Assembly: GCA_965226555.1 (NCBI GenBank)
Contig: CBDDDG010000010.1
Span: 320,001 to 384,000, forward strand
Length of the DNA stretch: 64,000 bases
Source of the DNA: Salinispira sp.
GTDB lineage: Bacteria > Spirochaetota > Spirochaetia > DSM-27196 > Salinispiraceae
Reading direction: 5' to 3'
The translations under genes and the position numbers were made by a program. The notes below the pieces were generated by a model, which ran no database searches, was not told the DNA's origin, and was given only the letters and a program-made list of their open reading frames with translations. Positions 10,471 through 21,558 of the stretch are shown here, in pieces (positions within the stretch are counted from its first letter, which is position 1; each line of letters begins with the position of its first letter).

Positions 10471-11004
10471 TTACAAATACAGCGTAACAGCAGCCCCTGC
10501 CTGAATAGTGAAGTCAGTATCTCGTCTGAAATGGAGGTTTGTGAAAAGCCGCATGGCAATACCGGGGTTCTGGTCATAATATCTCAGCGGAAACTGGGCA
10601 AAGACTCCGAGGGTAGGGCTTGCAAAAAGCACCCATGTATGCCAGAAAAACTGGAAATCAAGGGCGGCCTCCGCCCCCAAAGTTAAGCGGGGAGAAACAA
10701 TGTAGGCGCCGTATAGGCCTATGCCCATGCCAACATCGCCCCGAAAACCAAGGAGCAATTCCTCATCTGCGGCAGGCGGCGGCGCAAGCGAAAAGCGTGC
10801 CTGCGGACTTATTATAAAAGAATCGATAACAAATGCGGCGCCAACAGAAAGGCTGGCGCTATAGTGGAGAACATGAAGCCGATATTCTTCCGCATATGAA
10901 TAGCGAAGCCCTTGGGTAAGGGTCGGCTGTACATACACATCCACTGCCTGAGCGGAAACAGCACATGTCAACAGTAAAAACATGCAGAAAATACCCGTAT
11001 TCAT
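10471..11004 (-). CDS. Exported hypothetical protein, possibly outer-membrane beta-barrel-like
   Basis: Signal peptide (AVSA|Q), alternating hydrophobic strands, aromatic near C-terminus. Confidence 0.55.
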   Translation of the reverse strand: MNTGIFCMFLLLTCAVSAQAVDVYVQPTLTQGLRYSYAEEYRLHVLHYSASLSVGAAFVIDSFIISPQARFSLAPPPAADEELLLGFRGDVGMGIGLYGAYIVSPRLTLGAEAALDFQFFWHTWVLFASPTLGVFAQFPLRYYDQNPGIAMRLFTNLHFRRDTDFTIQAGAAVTLYL

Positions 11005-11065
11005 ATCAGTATTATACTACAACAAAGTTTTCGAATATATGATAATCTCTTTCTTCGGTGATATT

Positions 11066-11470
11066 GTGGAGAAAGCGTATAAATATCAATTTCTATCTAT
11101 ATTTTTGCTGATATGCGCGCTCCTGCTCCCTTCCTGTACTAGGGAACCGCAGCAACTTCCCGATTTGCCGAAAACGCAGGTGCTTTATGCGGCTAACTCA
11201 TGGGGAGTTACGATTCTCCCCTACCTGCCGATCTACAATTCAGACAGCATTGAGGCACAGGTACTGCAGCTACTTCGCCGGGGCGACATTGTTGAGGTCC
11301 TTGAGCAGCGTCCCGACGCCGAGTTCATGTATGGCGATAGAAATCACTGGTATCGTATTCTTCATAACTCATCCGAAGCCTGGGCCTTCGGCGCCGGTTT
11401 CCGTTTTTTCCCCACCGAAGATCAGGCTCATGATGCAGCGCGGCGATTGCTGCATGGAGAGAATTTTTGA
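11066..11470 (+). CDS. SH3-domain lipoprotein
   Basis: Lipobox LPSC; LRRGDIVEVLE..WYRI..WAFG SH3b-like pattern; GTG start inferred. Confidence 0.7.
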   Translation: MEKAYKYQFLSIFLLICALLLPSCTREPQQLPDLPKTQVLYAANSWGVTILPYLPIYNSDSIEAQVLQLLRRGDIVEVLEQRPDAEFMYGDRNHWYRILHNSSEAWAFGAGFRFFPTEDQAHDAARRLLHGENF

Positions 11471-13086
11471 CAACTTCGGCTATTATCGGTATTTTACTCC
11501 CGCCCATTCTCGGGGCAATTATCGGATATGTTACCAATGCTCTTGCCATCCGCATGCTCTTTCGACCGCTTACCCGAAAATATCTCTTCGGACGCATCCC
11601 CATTCCCTTCACGCCGGGAATCATTCCCCGGCAGCGGGAAAGGCTCGCCCACAGCATTGCCCGCATGGTAAGCGCGAATCTTTTTAACGCCGAGATAATT
11701 ATCGAACACCTCCATAAGGCTGATTTTCAAGCAATGCTCCGCGCCCGAATTACCGAACTCCTTAATCCCTTTACGGATACCGCCAATTTTCCCGAGCTAT
11801 CCACAGAGTTGCGCAAAGAGCTGCCCCCAAAGCTGTCCAACGAGGAAAGAATATCCCGCATCCGGCGGCGCATAAACAGCGTTGAAGAGCTCCTTATGCC
11901 CATTCTTGAAGCGCCGGCAGGAAAAATTCTCATGACGAACATTCTTCATTTTGCCGGAGATCGGATCGGCAGGCTCAATATAAACACTCTGTTTCAATCT
12001 GATATAAACGGAGGCGGCAACCTTATGGAATATGTTCGTCTTCATCTGGCGGGAAGGGGGGGACGTCGATGTATTCTAGCAGCCGTATTCTGGCTGAGGA
12101 AGCAGGAAACGGATAATGTTCCCATTGAAAAAATTTTCCCTCATACGCAGCTGAACCGGGCAATACTATCCTTCGACAGTTGGTATATTCCTGCCATCCA
12201 TTTCATACTTGAATTTCTCCGCAAACCGGAAGTTCAGCGTGAGCTCATTAAGCGGGGTAAACACATCCTTTCCGACATTCTCATACAACTGACTCCTGTT
12301 CAGAGAATAATGATCAGCATCGGTCAGTATGACAGAATGTTGGAAGAAAAAATGCCGTCAATTATCAAAAACCTCATAAGCACTCTGGAAGATACTCTCC
12401 GCTCGCGGGAAAACAGAAAAAAGATATTGAATGCCGTTCACGAATTTCTTCAACGCACTGTCAAACAGGGCCTGAGAGATATTGAGCGGGAGTACGGGTT
12501 CAAGATCAGCCGGAGTGCCTATCGTCTGCTTCTTCGCATTCGGGAACTCTTATTGAGTGAGATGTTTACGGAAGATTCTGCCGATTCTGCCGATCCGTCC
12601 GATTCTGCCGATCCGTCCGATTCTGCCGATCATTTTGCTAGTCGATTTTCGAAACTCACTATTAATTCGCTCCTGAATTCCTGGAGCGGACAATCGCTGA
12701 GCGCACTTTTTATGAATATCTACCAGAGCTTTATGAACCGTGCAAAAAATCCGCCTCAGTGGGAAGCCTTCAAGGCGAAACTGACTGCCCTTATCGCAGC
12801 CGTGCGCCCCGACCCCGCCGCCGCGGACGCAGCCGACACCCCCGACCCCGCTGAACCAATTGCAGGCGCCCTTACCTCAGTTATGACGCGGGCGCTTCCT
12901 CAGATTATTGACCATCTCCATATCTATCGGCTGGTCTCCGACCGTATTAATGCGCTTGATGCGGAAGAAGTGGAGGGGCTTATTCTGGGGGTAGTGGCAG
13001 ATCATCTGAAATACATTAATGTTTTCGGGGCAATTCTCGGATCCCTCATCGGCGCAATTCAACTATTGTCCTCGCTTCTCCCGTAG
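11467..13086 (+). CDS. DUF445 family membrane protein
   Basis: GAIIGYVTNALAIRMLFRP, PFTPGIIP, LKYINVFGAILG. Confidence 0.88.
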   Translation: MTTSAIIGILLPPILGAIIGYVTNALAIRMLFRPLTRKYLFGRIPIPFTPGIIPRQRERLAHSIARMVSANLFNAEIIIEHLHKADFQAMLRARITELLNPFTDTANFPELSTELRKELPPKLSNEERISRIRRRINSVEELLMPILEAPAGKILMTNILHFAGDRIGRLNINTLFQSDINGGGNLMEYVRLHLAGRGGRRCILAAVFWLRKQETDNVPIEKIFPHTQLNRAILSFDSWYIPAIHFILEFLRKPEVQRELIKRGKHILSDILIQLTPVQRIMISIGQYDRMLEEKMPSIIKNLISTLEDTLRSRENRKKILNAVHEFLQRTVKQGLRDIEREYGFKISRSAYRLLLRIRELLLSEMFTEDSADSADPSDSADPSDSADHFASRFSKLTINSLLNSWSGQSLSALFMNIYQSFMNRAKNPPQWEAFKAKLTALIAAVRPDPAAADAADTPDPAEPIAGALTSVMTRALPQIIDHLHIYRLVSDRINALDAEEVEGLILGVVADHLKYINVFGAILGSLIGAIQLLSSLLP

Positions 13087-13087
13087 A

Positions 13088-14423
13088 TCAGATGTCGGCC
13101 GGCAGGCACATGGTGAACACCGTTCCGCTGCCGACCTCGCTATCTACCGAAATTGTACCGCCGTGTACCTGTATAATATGCTTTACAATCGCCAGTCCCA
13201 AACCGCTTCCATCTGTTGCCTCCGCAATATCTACCCGATAAAAACGCTCAAAAAGGCGGGGAAGGTATCGTTGGGGAATGCCCGGTCCGTTATCCTTAAT
13301 CTGAATTTCCACCAATTCCGATACAAGACGCACAGTAATCCACACTTCAACAGCGCTTCCTCCATATTGCATGGCGTTATTCATAAGATTATCGATAATT
13401 TGTTCAAAAAGCGCAGGACTGATCTGGAGCTTCGGATTGTCGTGTATGGAGACATGTACGGGAAGTTGCGCAAGTTTCGGACTATTCCGCATATTTTCCA
13501 GGCTTTTTTGAATAATTTCCTCAATGTTGATGCTAATGAAACGCATCATATCCGCATTGCGATGCTGCCCCTCCAGCCGTTCGTCTTTCGTCCTGCTCCT
13601 CCTGCTGCTCAATTTTTGATAAAATAAGCAGGTCTGAGATAATTTTTTTCATCTTGAGGGAATTATTCAGAATAATTCTGGTAAAGGCATGCAGAGATTC
13701 CCCGTCTTCCATGGCTCCATCGAGAATACTTTCGGAAAATCCCTGTATCGCAGTAATTGGTGTTCTCAATTCATGAGAAACATTTGCAACAAAATCTTTC
13801 CGAACCTGTTCAAGACGGCTAATTGCGGTAATGTCGCTCAGCACAATGAGAATGCGGGGCTCGGGAGTATCGGCAGGGTCAATGAATACTCCGTTCACGT
13901 GCAGACTTCGGGGATGATCCTGATCCCATATCTGAATTCGGGCAGTATTCGGAGCCTGTTTGTGTATGAGATTTTCAGTGAAGGCGCTAAAACTCGAATT
14001 GCGGAAAACATCAATAATGCTTCGTCCCCTGCATGAGGGGGGCTGCTCGCTCATTGAGAAAAATTCCAGGGCCTGTTCGTTTACGATAAGAATACGTTCA
14101 TTCATATCAATAACGGCAACCCCTTCCTTCATGTTCTCAAGAATACTCTCAAGTTCTTCAATCCGCTGCCTGAGTGCATTCAAATCTGATCGTTCAATTT
14201 CTCTGCGGATGGAATCGGCGCGCTCCTTCGCGCTCATAATGTTTCCGATAAGGAAATTCATAAGAACGGAGATCAGGATCGCTACCGGCATGGTAATGAG
14301 GAGAGTGAGAAGAGGCAGGGCTGAAACAGTACGTTCCATTCTGTACGAAATGAGGTGAATAACACATGCAAGCACAGTGTTGGCAGTGAGAATAATGAGA
14401 AAAATTGTGCGTCGGTCATTCAT
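13088..14423 (-). CDS. PAS-domain sensor histidine kinase (PhoR-like), one frameshift ~13585
   Basis: KDFVANVSHELRTP H-box; NLMNNA, DNGPGI, FERFYRVD, GSGLGLAIVK in the second frame. Confidence 0.88.
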
Positions 14424-14563
14424 GGCTTTATTGCAAAACTTTCTGATATTATTACGGTTTTAGCGGAGCATTGCAATGGTACAAACAATTTTGTTCTTTT
14501 TTGAGCGTACATTTTTCTTGAATGTTGACTGGAATATTGATATATATTTAATGTATACTGCCA

Positions 14564-14626
14564 ATGAGTCCGCACTGCGCTCATGCATGGTGAAAGTACC
14601 CATGCGCAATGAAGCGCAGGACTCAT
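14564..14626. other. Long bulged GC-rich hairpin in AT-rich intergenic DNA
   Basis: ATGAGTC/GACTCAT, CTGCGCT/AGCGCAG and GCATGG/CCATGC stems; followed by ATTTTTAT. Confidence 0.6.
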
Positions 14627-14708
14627 ATTTTTATAACAAAGTTTTGCATTTTGCAAAACTTTCTATAAAATAGGAGAATGCTAAGCACAAAGAAAGCATT
14701 CCAGATCG

Positions 14709-14762
14709 GAAACTTTTGCTACTGGAAATTGTGCAAGCACAATTTTCCAATGCAAAAGTTTC
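14709..14762 (+). repeat. Dispersed hairpin repeat, copy 1 (extended element ~14638-14762)
   Basis: GAAACTTTTGC-TAC-TGGAAATTGTGC-AA-GCACAATTTTCCA-AT-GCAAAAGTTTC. Confidence 0.9.
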
Positions 14763-14783
14763 TATAAGGAGAATAGTAAAATA

Positions 14784-16886
14784 ATGTGTAATTGTAATCC
14801 ACTACGAAAAGTACGGGGGAAGTTTCCTGTGTTAGTTGTCATAAGCGTGGTTCTCGCAGCCTTACTTACCGGATGTCCAATGCCGGAACCCAATATGGGG
14901 GGGGGGTAATGTAAGCCCGCCGGGCACAATGGATGCCCCAACTCTTGAAGCGGGAGATGAGCAACTCATTGCAACATGGACTGCGCCAACAAACACCGGC
15001 GGCAGCGCCATTACCGGCTATGAACTGCAATATAGCTCAGACGGCGGAACCACATGGTCGGTCCTCCTATTGAAGTCGCCGCGCCAGCCGCAAAGACCAT
15101 CATCACCGGACTGATCAACGGCAGCAGTTATGAAGTACAGGTACGCGCCGTCAACGCGCAGGGCGCAGGCGGCTGGTCGGACAGCGCATTAGCAAGCCCT
15201 GTTGCCGTTCCCCATGCTCCGAACGCTCCCGGGCTTACCCCGGAAAATAGTCAACTAACAGTTTATTGGGCTGCGCCGACCGATAACGGCGGAAGCGCCA
15301 TTACCGGCTATGAGCTGCAATATAGACAATATAGCTCAGACGGCGGAACCACATGGTCGGATCCTCCTATTGAAGTTGCCGCGCCAGCCACAAAGACCGT
15401 CATTACCGGCCTGAGCAACGGCAGCAGTTATGAAGTACAGGTACGCGCCGTCAACGCGCAGGGCGCAGGCGGCTGGTCGGACAGCGCATTAGCAAGCCCT
15501 GTTGCCGTTCCCCATGCTCCCGACTTGCCAAGCCTCACCGTGGAAAATGAGCAACTTCGCATTTCATGGGCAGCGCCGACCAACACCGGCGGCAGCGACA
15601 TTACCGGCTATGACCTGCGCTACGCACTAAACAATTCACCCCTGCCGGACGATCCGCAAATTAGCAACACAAGCAATACCTCTCATACCATTATGCAACT
15701 GGAAATTGGCAGCCGCTACACCGTACAGGTGCGCGGCATCAACGCTGAGGGCAGGGGTCCGTGGTCAGAATCCGCAACGAAAACATTCCCGCTCATTGCG
15801 ACACAGGTGCCGGAGGGTACAGAGGTCTTTGTCATTCTTTCGACTGTTGACAACGCAATTGCCAATGCCGCAAACCCAAACATTACTGTGGTTCCAGTTA
15901 CTTCCCCGGCATCAACGGTCGTCTTGCCGACAATTGATGCGGCTACCGGAATTATTATGGTTACCGCAAGCACAAGCCCCGGAACATATACGGTATCGGG
16001 CGCAGACGGAGGAATCGAACTGTTTGACCCCGAAGAGTTCTCTGTTACCCTGAGTCCTCCTACTAACGCTGAACTGAAAACAGCGGTAACTAATGGAATA
16101 TCAAACTGGGGACAAACTGCCGACCTCAACTACATTCTTACTACGGCAATAACGGACATGTCCGAAGTGTTCAAAGATAAAACCGCATTCAATGGAAATA
16201 TCTCGGGCTGGACTGTCAGCGCTGTAACGGATATGTCGGAAATGTTCAATAACGCAGACGCATTCAATCGTGATCTTAATAATTGGAATGTCAGTGCGGT
16301 AACGGATATGTCGGAGATGTTCAGGGACACAAACTCATTCAATGGCAATATCTCCAGCTGGACTGTCAGTGCGGTAACGAATATGTCGGAAATGTTCAAT
16401 AACGCAGACGCATTCAATCGTGATCTTAATAATTGGAATGTCAGTGCGGTAACGGATATGTCGGAGATGTTCAGGGACACAAACTCATTCAATGGCAATA
16501 TCTCCAGCTGGACTGTCAGCGCGGTAACGAATATGTTCGGAATGTTCAATAACACAGCTGCATTCAATGGCGATATCTCCGGTTGGGATGTCAGCTCGGT
16601 AACGAATATGTCGGGGATGTTCGCTAACACAGGCGCATTCAATGGCGACATCTCGGGCTGGGATGTCAGTAAGGTAACGACTATGGCCAATATGTTCCAG
16701 GGCGCAAGCGCATTCAATCAGAATCTTACTGCATGGGGCGGGACAGATGAAGGGAGCTTACGGCGTGATCCTAATGATAATAGCAAATATGGAGTAACGG
16801 TAACGGATATGTTTACGAGTTCCGGCGTTGTGGATACCGGGGGCGTGGGTGTTCCCGATTGGTATACTGCGATTATTGCCTATTAA
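14784..16886 (+). CDS. Lipoprotein with 3 FN3 domains and BspA/DUF285 repeats; frameshifted at G10 (14897-14906) and ~15060
   Basis: AAGGAG SD; signal ending LLTGC; WxAP..GGSAITGY..YEVQVRAVN; ~25-aa FNGxISxWxVSxVTxMxxMF repeats. Confidence 0.85.
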
Positions 16887-17149
16887 CGAGTTGCGCTCCA
16901 CCTCCGGCAGGCGCGGGGCTTGCGTCTCCTGCTCGCCATGCGAGTGTGCGCTACTTATGAGACAGCCCCTTACCGGATAATCACCCTTGTGATATACACC
17001 CATAATGATCTTTTGCCCGTTATAGATGTAGAAAGAACATTTATGTGCTTAAAACGTGCACATGGGCTGAAAAAATAGAAATTTTTACATTTTTCAAAGT
17101 TTTTTCGCAAAAACTCAATCCTCACGAACATTTCACCCGTTATCCTTAT

Positions 17150-18340
17150 ATGAAGAAAAAGAAACTGAATCAGGCGGCTCATCAAAAGCCGCGAAAACAA
17201 TGGGATGAAACTCATAAGTTCCTGTTTGCCGATGCGGAGTCCATATATCAACTGCTGCAATTTGTCGATGATGACTGGATCACGGTATGTTCGCCCTGAG
17301 AACATTACGATTGTGAGCAACGAATTCATCGCTCGGGAGCTCGGAGGCAAAAAGCTGACGAAGCTCATGCGCAAAATATCGGATATCGTTGCGAAAATTT
17401 CCTTCCGCTCCGGGAACAAGAATGAAGAGAAAACCGTCTATATCATTCTGGAACATCAATCGACTGTCGATTATTCCATGAGCAGGCGCCTATTCGAATA
17501 TACCGATATGCTCGAAGCAGCGCTATCCGCAATTCGAAAACGTACCGACATCATCGGGTGTATCCCATTGTTCTGTACACGGGAATGCGGAAATGGCCGC
17601 AGATCGCGACGGAAGATACGTCGGGCGGGGATTCCTTCCGAGCGCATATCGCCAATTCTTTGAGTATCCTGTTATTGATGTGCATAGGCTCCCGCATGAG
17701 AAGATACTGAAGTTCCACGGTCGTGTGGCTGCCTATTTTTACCTTGCGCGCTACAACAAAGATTTGAAGAATGAGGATAATTGCGCTGAATTCACGAAGA
17801 ATCTTTTGAACATTCTCCAGCATGACACTGGCGAGAAGGTGAAGGAGTCCTTGCTCATTATGAGCGATGTGCTCTATAATACACACATCTCAGAGGTGAA
17901 TGTTAACGATTACACTATAAAGGAGGTAATTGATATGATCACAAAAGAAGGGATAGAAATACTGTTCCCGTGGCAACTGAGAATTTACAAAGAGGTCAAA
18001 GCCCAGGTCAATCAGGAAGTGCAGGAAGAAATGCAGGAAATGCGGCGGGAAATGCAGGAAGTCCGTCAGGAAGGGATTCAGGAATGCCGGCAGGAAGGCC
18101 GTCAGGAAGGCCGATTCGAGAAGGTCGTCAGGAAGGCCGATTCGAGAAGGCCGTCAGGAAGGACTTCAGGCAGGTCGCTCGGAGGGGCATATTGAGGAGC
18201 GGAGAAAAAACGCCCGCAGTATGTTTTCCAAAGGATTTTCAGCCCATGACATTCAGGATGTTACCGGGCTGAGCGAGGATGAAATTCGATCATTTCAGCA
18301 AAACGGCCAAAAAAACGGGCAGAAAAGCGGCAAAGAGTAA
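17150..18340 (+). CDS. Rpn/YhgA-like PD-(D/E)XK nuclease ('transposase_31'-like), several frameshifts
   Basis: WDETHKFLF, SDIV..YIILEHQSTVDYSMSRRLFEY, RQEG repeats, C-terminal ARSMFSKGFSAHDIQDVTGLSEDEI, TAA at 18338-18340. Confidence 0.8.
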
Positions 18341-18376
18341 CAGCGCAGCAAACTGCGGCAGGAATTGGAGGGATCA

Positions 18377-20082
18377 ATGAAAAAATCGAAACAAAAGTGG
18401 ATGGATATCGATTGGGATATCCTGAGTCCATCAGAATTAATTGACATTCTGAAGACAAAGACCGATGTGAATGCGGCTAACGATGTCGGATTAACGGCGC
18501 TCTCGTATGCTATTTTGAATAGGAGAGACATTACCATTATCCATGCAATTCTCGAAGCCGGAGGAGATGTGAATGCCCGTGATGATAATGGCAGAACAGC
18601 TCTTATGCTTGCGTCCGGGAACAGCGAAGGCCCCGACATTGTTCGCGCCCTCATTGAGGCAGGAGCCAATGTGAATGCCGCCGATGCGATAGGCTTTACC
18701 GCCTTGGGATATGCGACTATGATCAATCAAACTCCATCTGTTATTCGCGCCCTCATTGAAGGCGGAATTAATGTGAATGCTCATGATGATAATGGCAAAA
18801 CGCCTCTTATACTTGCGGCAGGGAACAATAAAAGCCCCGACATTGTTCGCGCCCTCATTGACTGCGGAGCAGATGTGAATATTGTTGAGCATGATACGGG
18901 ACTGACAGCCCTCATGCACGCGGCTCAGCGCTCTGAAAACCCCGACATTGTTCGCGCCCTCATTGACTGCGGAGCAGATGTAAACACTATTGACTCGCAT
19001 GGCATGTCAGCTCTCGATCATGCGGCCGTATTCGGTAAAAATATCTATATAATCCATGCCATTGTTGAGGGGGGAGCCGATGTGAATGCCGCCAATGAGA
19101 ATGGACTAACAGCCTTAATTTTAGCGATTACGGCAAACGCGGATCCCGACATTATTCGCGCGCTCATTGTATGCGGGGCAGATATAAATGCCGTCGATGC
19201 GAAGGGACGGACAGCCCTCGACCACGCGCGGGAGCAAAAAAAGAAATACGCGGAGAAACTTCTTACCAAACACGGCGCAAAAAGCGGAAAAGAACTCCCC
19301 AAGGATGGCGCGCAGAAGCACAGCAAACTGCGGCAGGAATTGGAGGGATCAATGAAAAAATCGAAACAAACGTGGATGGATATCGATTGGGATAGCCTGA
19401 GTACATCAGAATTAATTGCCCGCCTGAAGGATAATGTCGATGTGAATACGGCTAACGCTTCTGGATTAACGGCGCTCTTATATGCAATTCTGGGCAATAG
19501 AGACATTAGCATTGTTCGCGCCCTCATTGAGGCCGGAGCCGATGTGAGCGCGATCAATGACTACGGCGTAACAGCCCTCATGGCGCGGCAACAAACGCCA
19601 AGACCCCCGCTCTTATCCACACCCTCATTGAGGCCGGAGCCGATGTGAATGCGGTCAATGCGGACAACGTAACACCCCTCATGTGCGGGGCGGCGAGCAA
19701 TGGAAGGGTCTCTGTTATTCGCGCGCTCATTGAGGCCGGAGCCGATGTGAATGCGGTTGATTTAAACGACATGTCACCCCTCATGGGCGCGGCTGTGCGC
19801 AATAAGAACCCCGCTGTTATTCACGCGCTCATTAAGGCCGGAGCCAATGTGAATGCCTCCATCAAAGGTATAGGATTAACAGTTCTCATGATCGCGGCTA
19901 AAAACGCCGAAGACCCCTCTATTATGTACACGCTCCTTGAGGACGACGCCGATGTGAATGCAACCGATAACAAAGGATGGACAGTCCTCGACCACGCGCT
20001 AAAACAAAAAAAGGAGAGCGAGGTGCGGCTTCTCAGGGAGTTCGGAGCCAAACGCGGAAAGGAGCTCCGCAAAACAGACTAA
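18377..20082 (+). CDS. Ankyrin-repeat protein(s): two tandem units starting at 18377 and 19352; frameshift ~19583
   Basis: Many GxTALxxAA..IVRALIEAGADVNA repeats; both units start GGAGGGATCAATG-KKSKQxWMDIDWD. Confidence 0.88.
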
Positions 20083-20084
20083 GG

Positions 20085-20245
20085 AATATCTCATATGCAA
20101 TTATGAACAATGAAGACATTCCTGCTATCCGCCTCCTCATTGTGGACGGCGCGGGGCTGTGAAGCGCAGCAAACTGCGGCAGGGAACAGCGCAAACCCCG
20201 ACATTATTCGCGTCCTCATTGAACTCGGAGGAGAAATAAATGCGA
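20085..20245 (+). pseudogene. Ankyrin gene remnant
   Basis: YAIMNNEDIPAIRLLIVDGA and AAGNSANPDIIRVLIELGGEINA fragments; abuts IS3 remnant. Confidence 0.55.
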
Positions 20246-20783
20246 AACACCCGCGGAGACTTCTTCTGGGATGTATTGCTCATTGTTGTTCGCGGGCGAT
20301 ATGCCTTCGTTCTCCCCGCATTGAGCCCCGATTCCCTCATAAGCCGGGCGACTCGGTTCCTCCCGATTGCTTCACCATGAAGATGCAGCAGCATGTCCGG
20401 TCTGCTTCAGCTGCTCAATTCCTCGATACTTCATTTCAGGCTCTCCTTTCTGCAAAAAAAACCATTGCATCATTGAGTATTGCCACCGCCTTTTTCTCGG
20501 CGCGCAGTTCCTTTCTCAATCGTTTGTTCTCGGCCAGGGCTTCCTGAAGTTCCCGAAACTCGGGACCTTTCTGGTCGTTCCGAACCCATTTCGCGAGGGT
20601 ATGATAACTTGCTATACCCAGCTTTTCCGTCGCCTGCTTCGTGCCAATTTCTTTGGCAAGCTCCACAGCCTGTTCCTTAAAATCCTCAGCATAGAATTTT
20701 CTGACTTTCCGTGTTTCCATAACACTCTCCTCTCCCTATAGTATCGTGCTTAGAAGAGTGTCCGTTAAATCGAAGCAAGATCA
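20240..20783 (-). mobile_element. Truncated IS3-family element (IRL, orfA, deleted orfB)
   Basis: End TGATCTTGCTTCGATTTAACGGACAC is IS3-like; orfB fragment GRNRVARLMRESGL..RPRTT; no integrase core or second end seen. Confidence 0.8.
20436..20720 (-). CDS. IS3-family transposase OrfA
   Basis: FYAEDFKEQAV..KLGI..TLAKW HTH; ENKRLRKE zipper; ends VFFA. Confidence 0.85.
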   Translation of the reverse strand: METRKVRKFYAEDFKEQAVELAKEIGTKQATEKLGIASYHTLAKWVRNDQKGPEFRELQEALAENKRLRKELRAEKKAVAILNDAMVFFAERRA

Positions 20784-20829
20784 ACCTCACATACCAGTTC
20801 CTTCAGGAATGCTCAGATATTCCGGGACT

Positions 20830-21558
20830 TCATATATTCATATTAATGCGGGAAATAAGCGCAGCCTCATATTCCTCGGCAATGCCGGCATAGCCGCGCC
20901 GGAGAAAAAGCGGATAGCGGAGGGCATATTCATGGAGGAGCACGGAAAGAAAGCTGTTTCGCGTGAAGGGAAGCGGGAGCAGATCGTTGAGGGCGGTAAT
21001 GGAGTACGTGCGTATGCTATTATTCGGCAGATGGGGGGCAGCAACAATATTCATGCCCAATCCGATAACGAGGGTCCGGCATGCGCCATCTAAAAAACGG
21101 GATTCGCTCAGTATGCCCCCAACCTTCTTTCCTTCAATGAAGATATCATTCGGCCATTTTATCTTCACTCGCGCGCCAGCATCAGCACCGACATCGGCAT
21201 TAGCATCGGCATCAGCACCGACATCGGCATCAGCGCGGGCACGGCGGCAAGCAGCAACCGCGGCAAGTGCCATGAGCTGCGTAAACCCTTCGGGAAGCAG
21301 ACCCTGCGGAGGGTCTTTTTCAATCAGGCTCATGTAAAGATTTCCCCGGACAGAAGAATTCCACTGCCTCTGCCGCCGTCCTCTGCCCGCCGTCTGTACA
21401 GTACTCACAATGACACTATGGTGATCCAGCTCCGCTATTCTTTCCAGCGCGTAGGTATTTGTGGAGTCCACTTCATTGAGAAAAACAGGAACAAAACCCG
21501 GCGGGAGCGGAGGCCCTGGCGGAGCCGACGTCGGAGACGGGAGCTCAGGGGGGGTCAT
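20830..21558 (-). CDS. birA: Biotin--protein ligase
   Basis: DSTN, QTAGRGR, KIKWPND, KKVGGILSE, IGLGMN; start uncertain. Confidence 0.9.
   Translation of the reverse strand: MTPPELPSPTSAPPGPPLPPGFVPVFLNEVDSTNTYALERIAELDHHSVIVSTVQTAGRGRRQRQWNSSVRGNLYMSLIEKDPPQGLLPEGFTQLMALAAVAACRRARADADVGADADANADVGADAGARVKIKWPNDIFIEGKKVGGILSESRFLDGACRTLVIGLGMNIVAAPHLPNNSIRTYSITALNDLLPLPFTRNSFLSVLLHEYALRYPLFLRRGYAGIAEEYEAALISRINMNI

Noticed and set aside
16231..16530. Diversity-generating retroelement TR/VR pair
   Set aside because: Duplicates are in-frame tandem protein repeats with no adenine-specific mismatch pattern; no reverse transcriptase seen.
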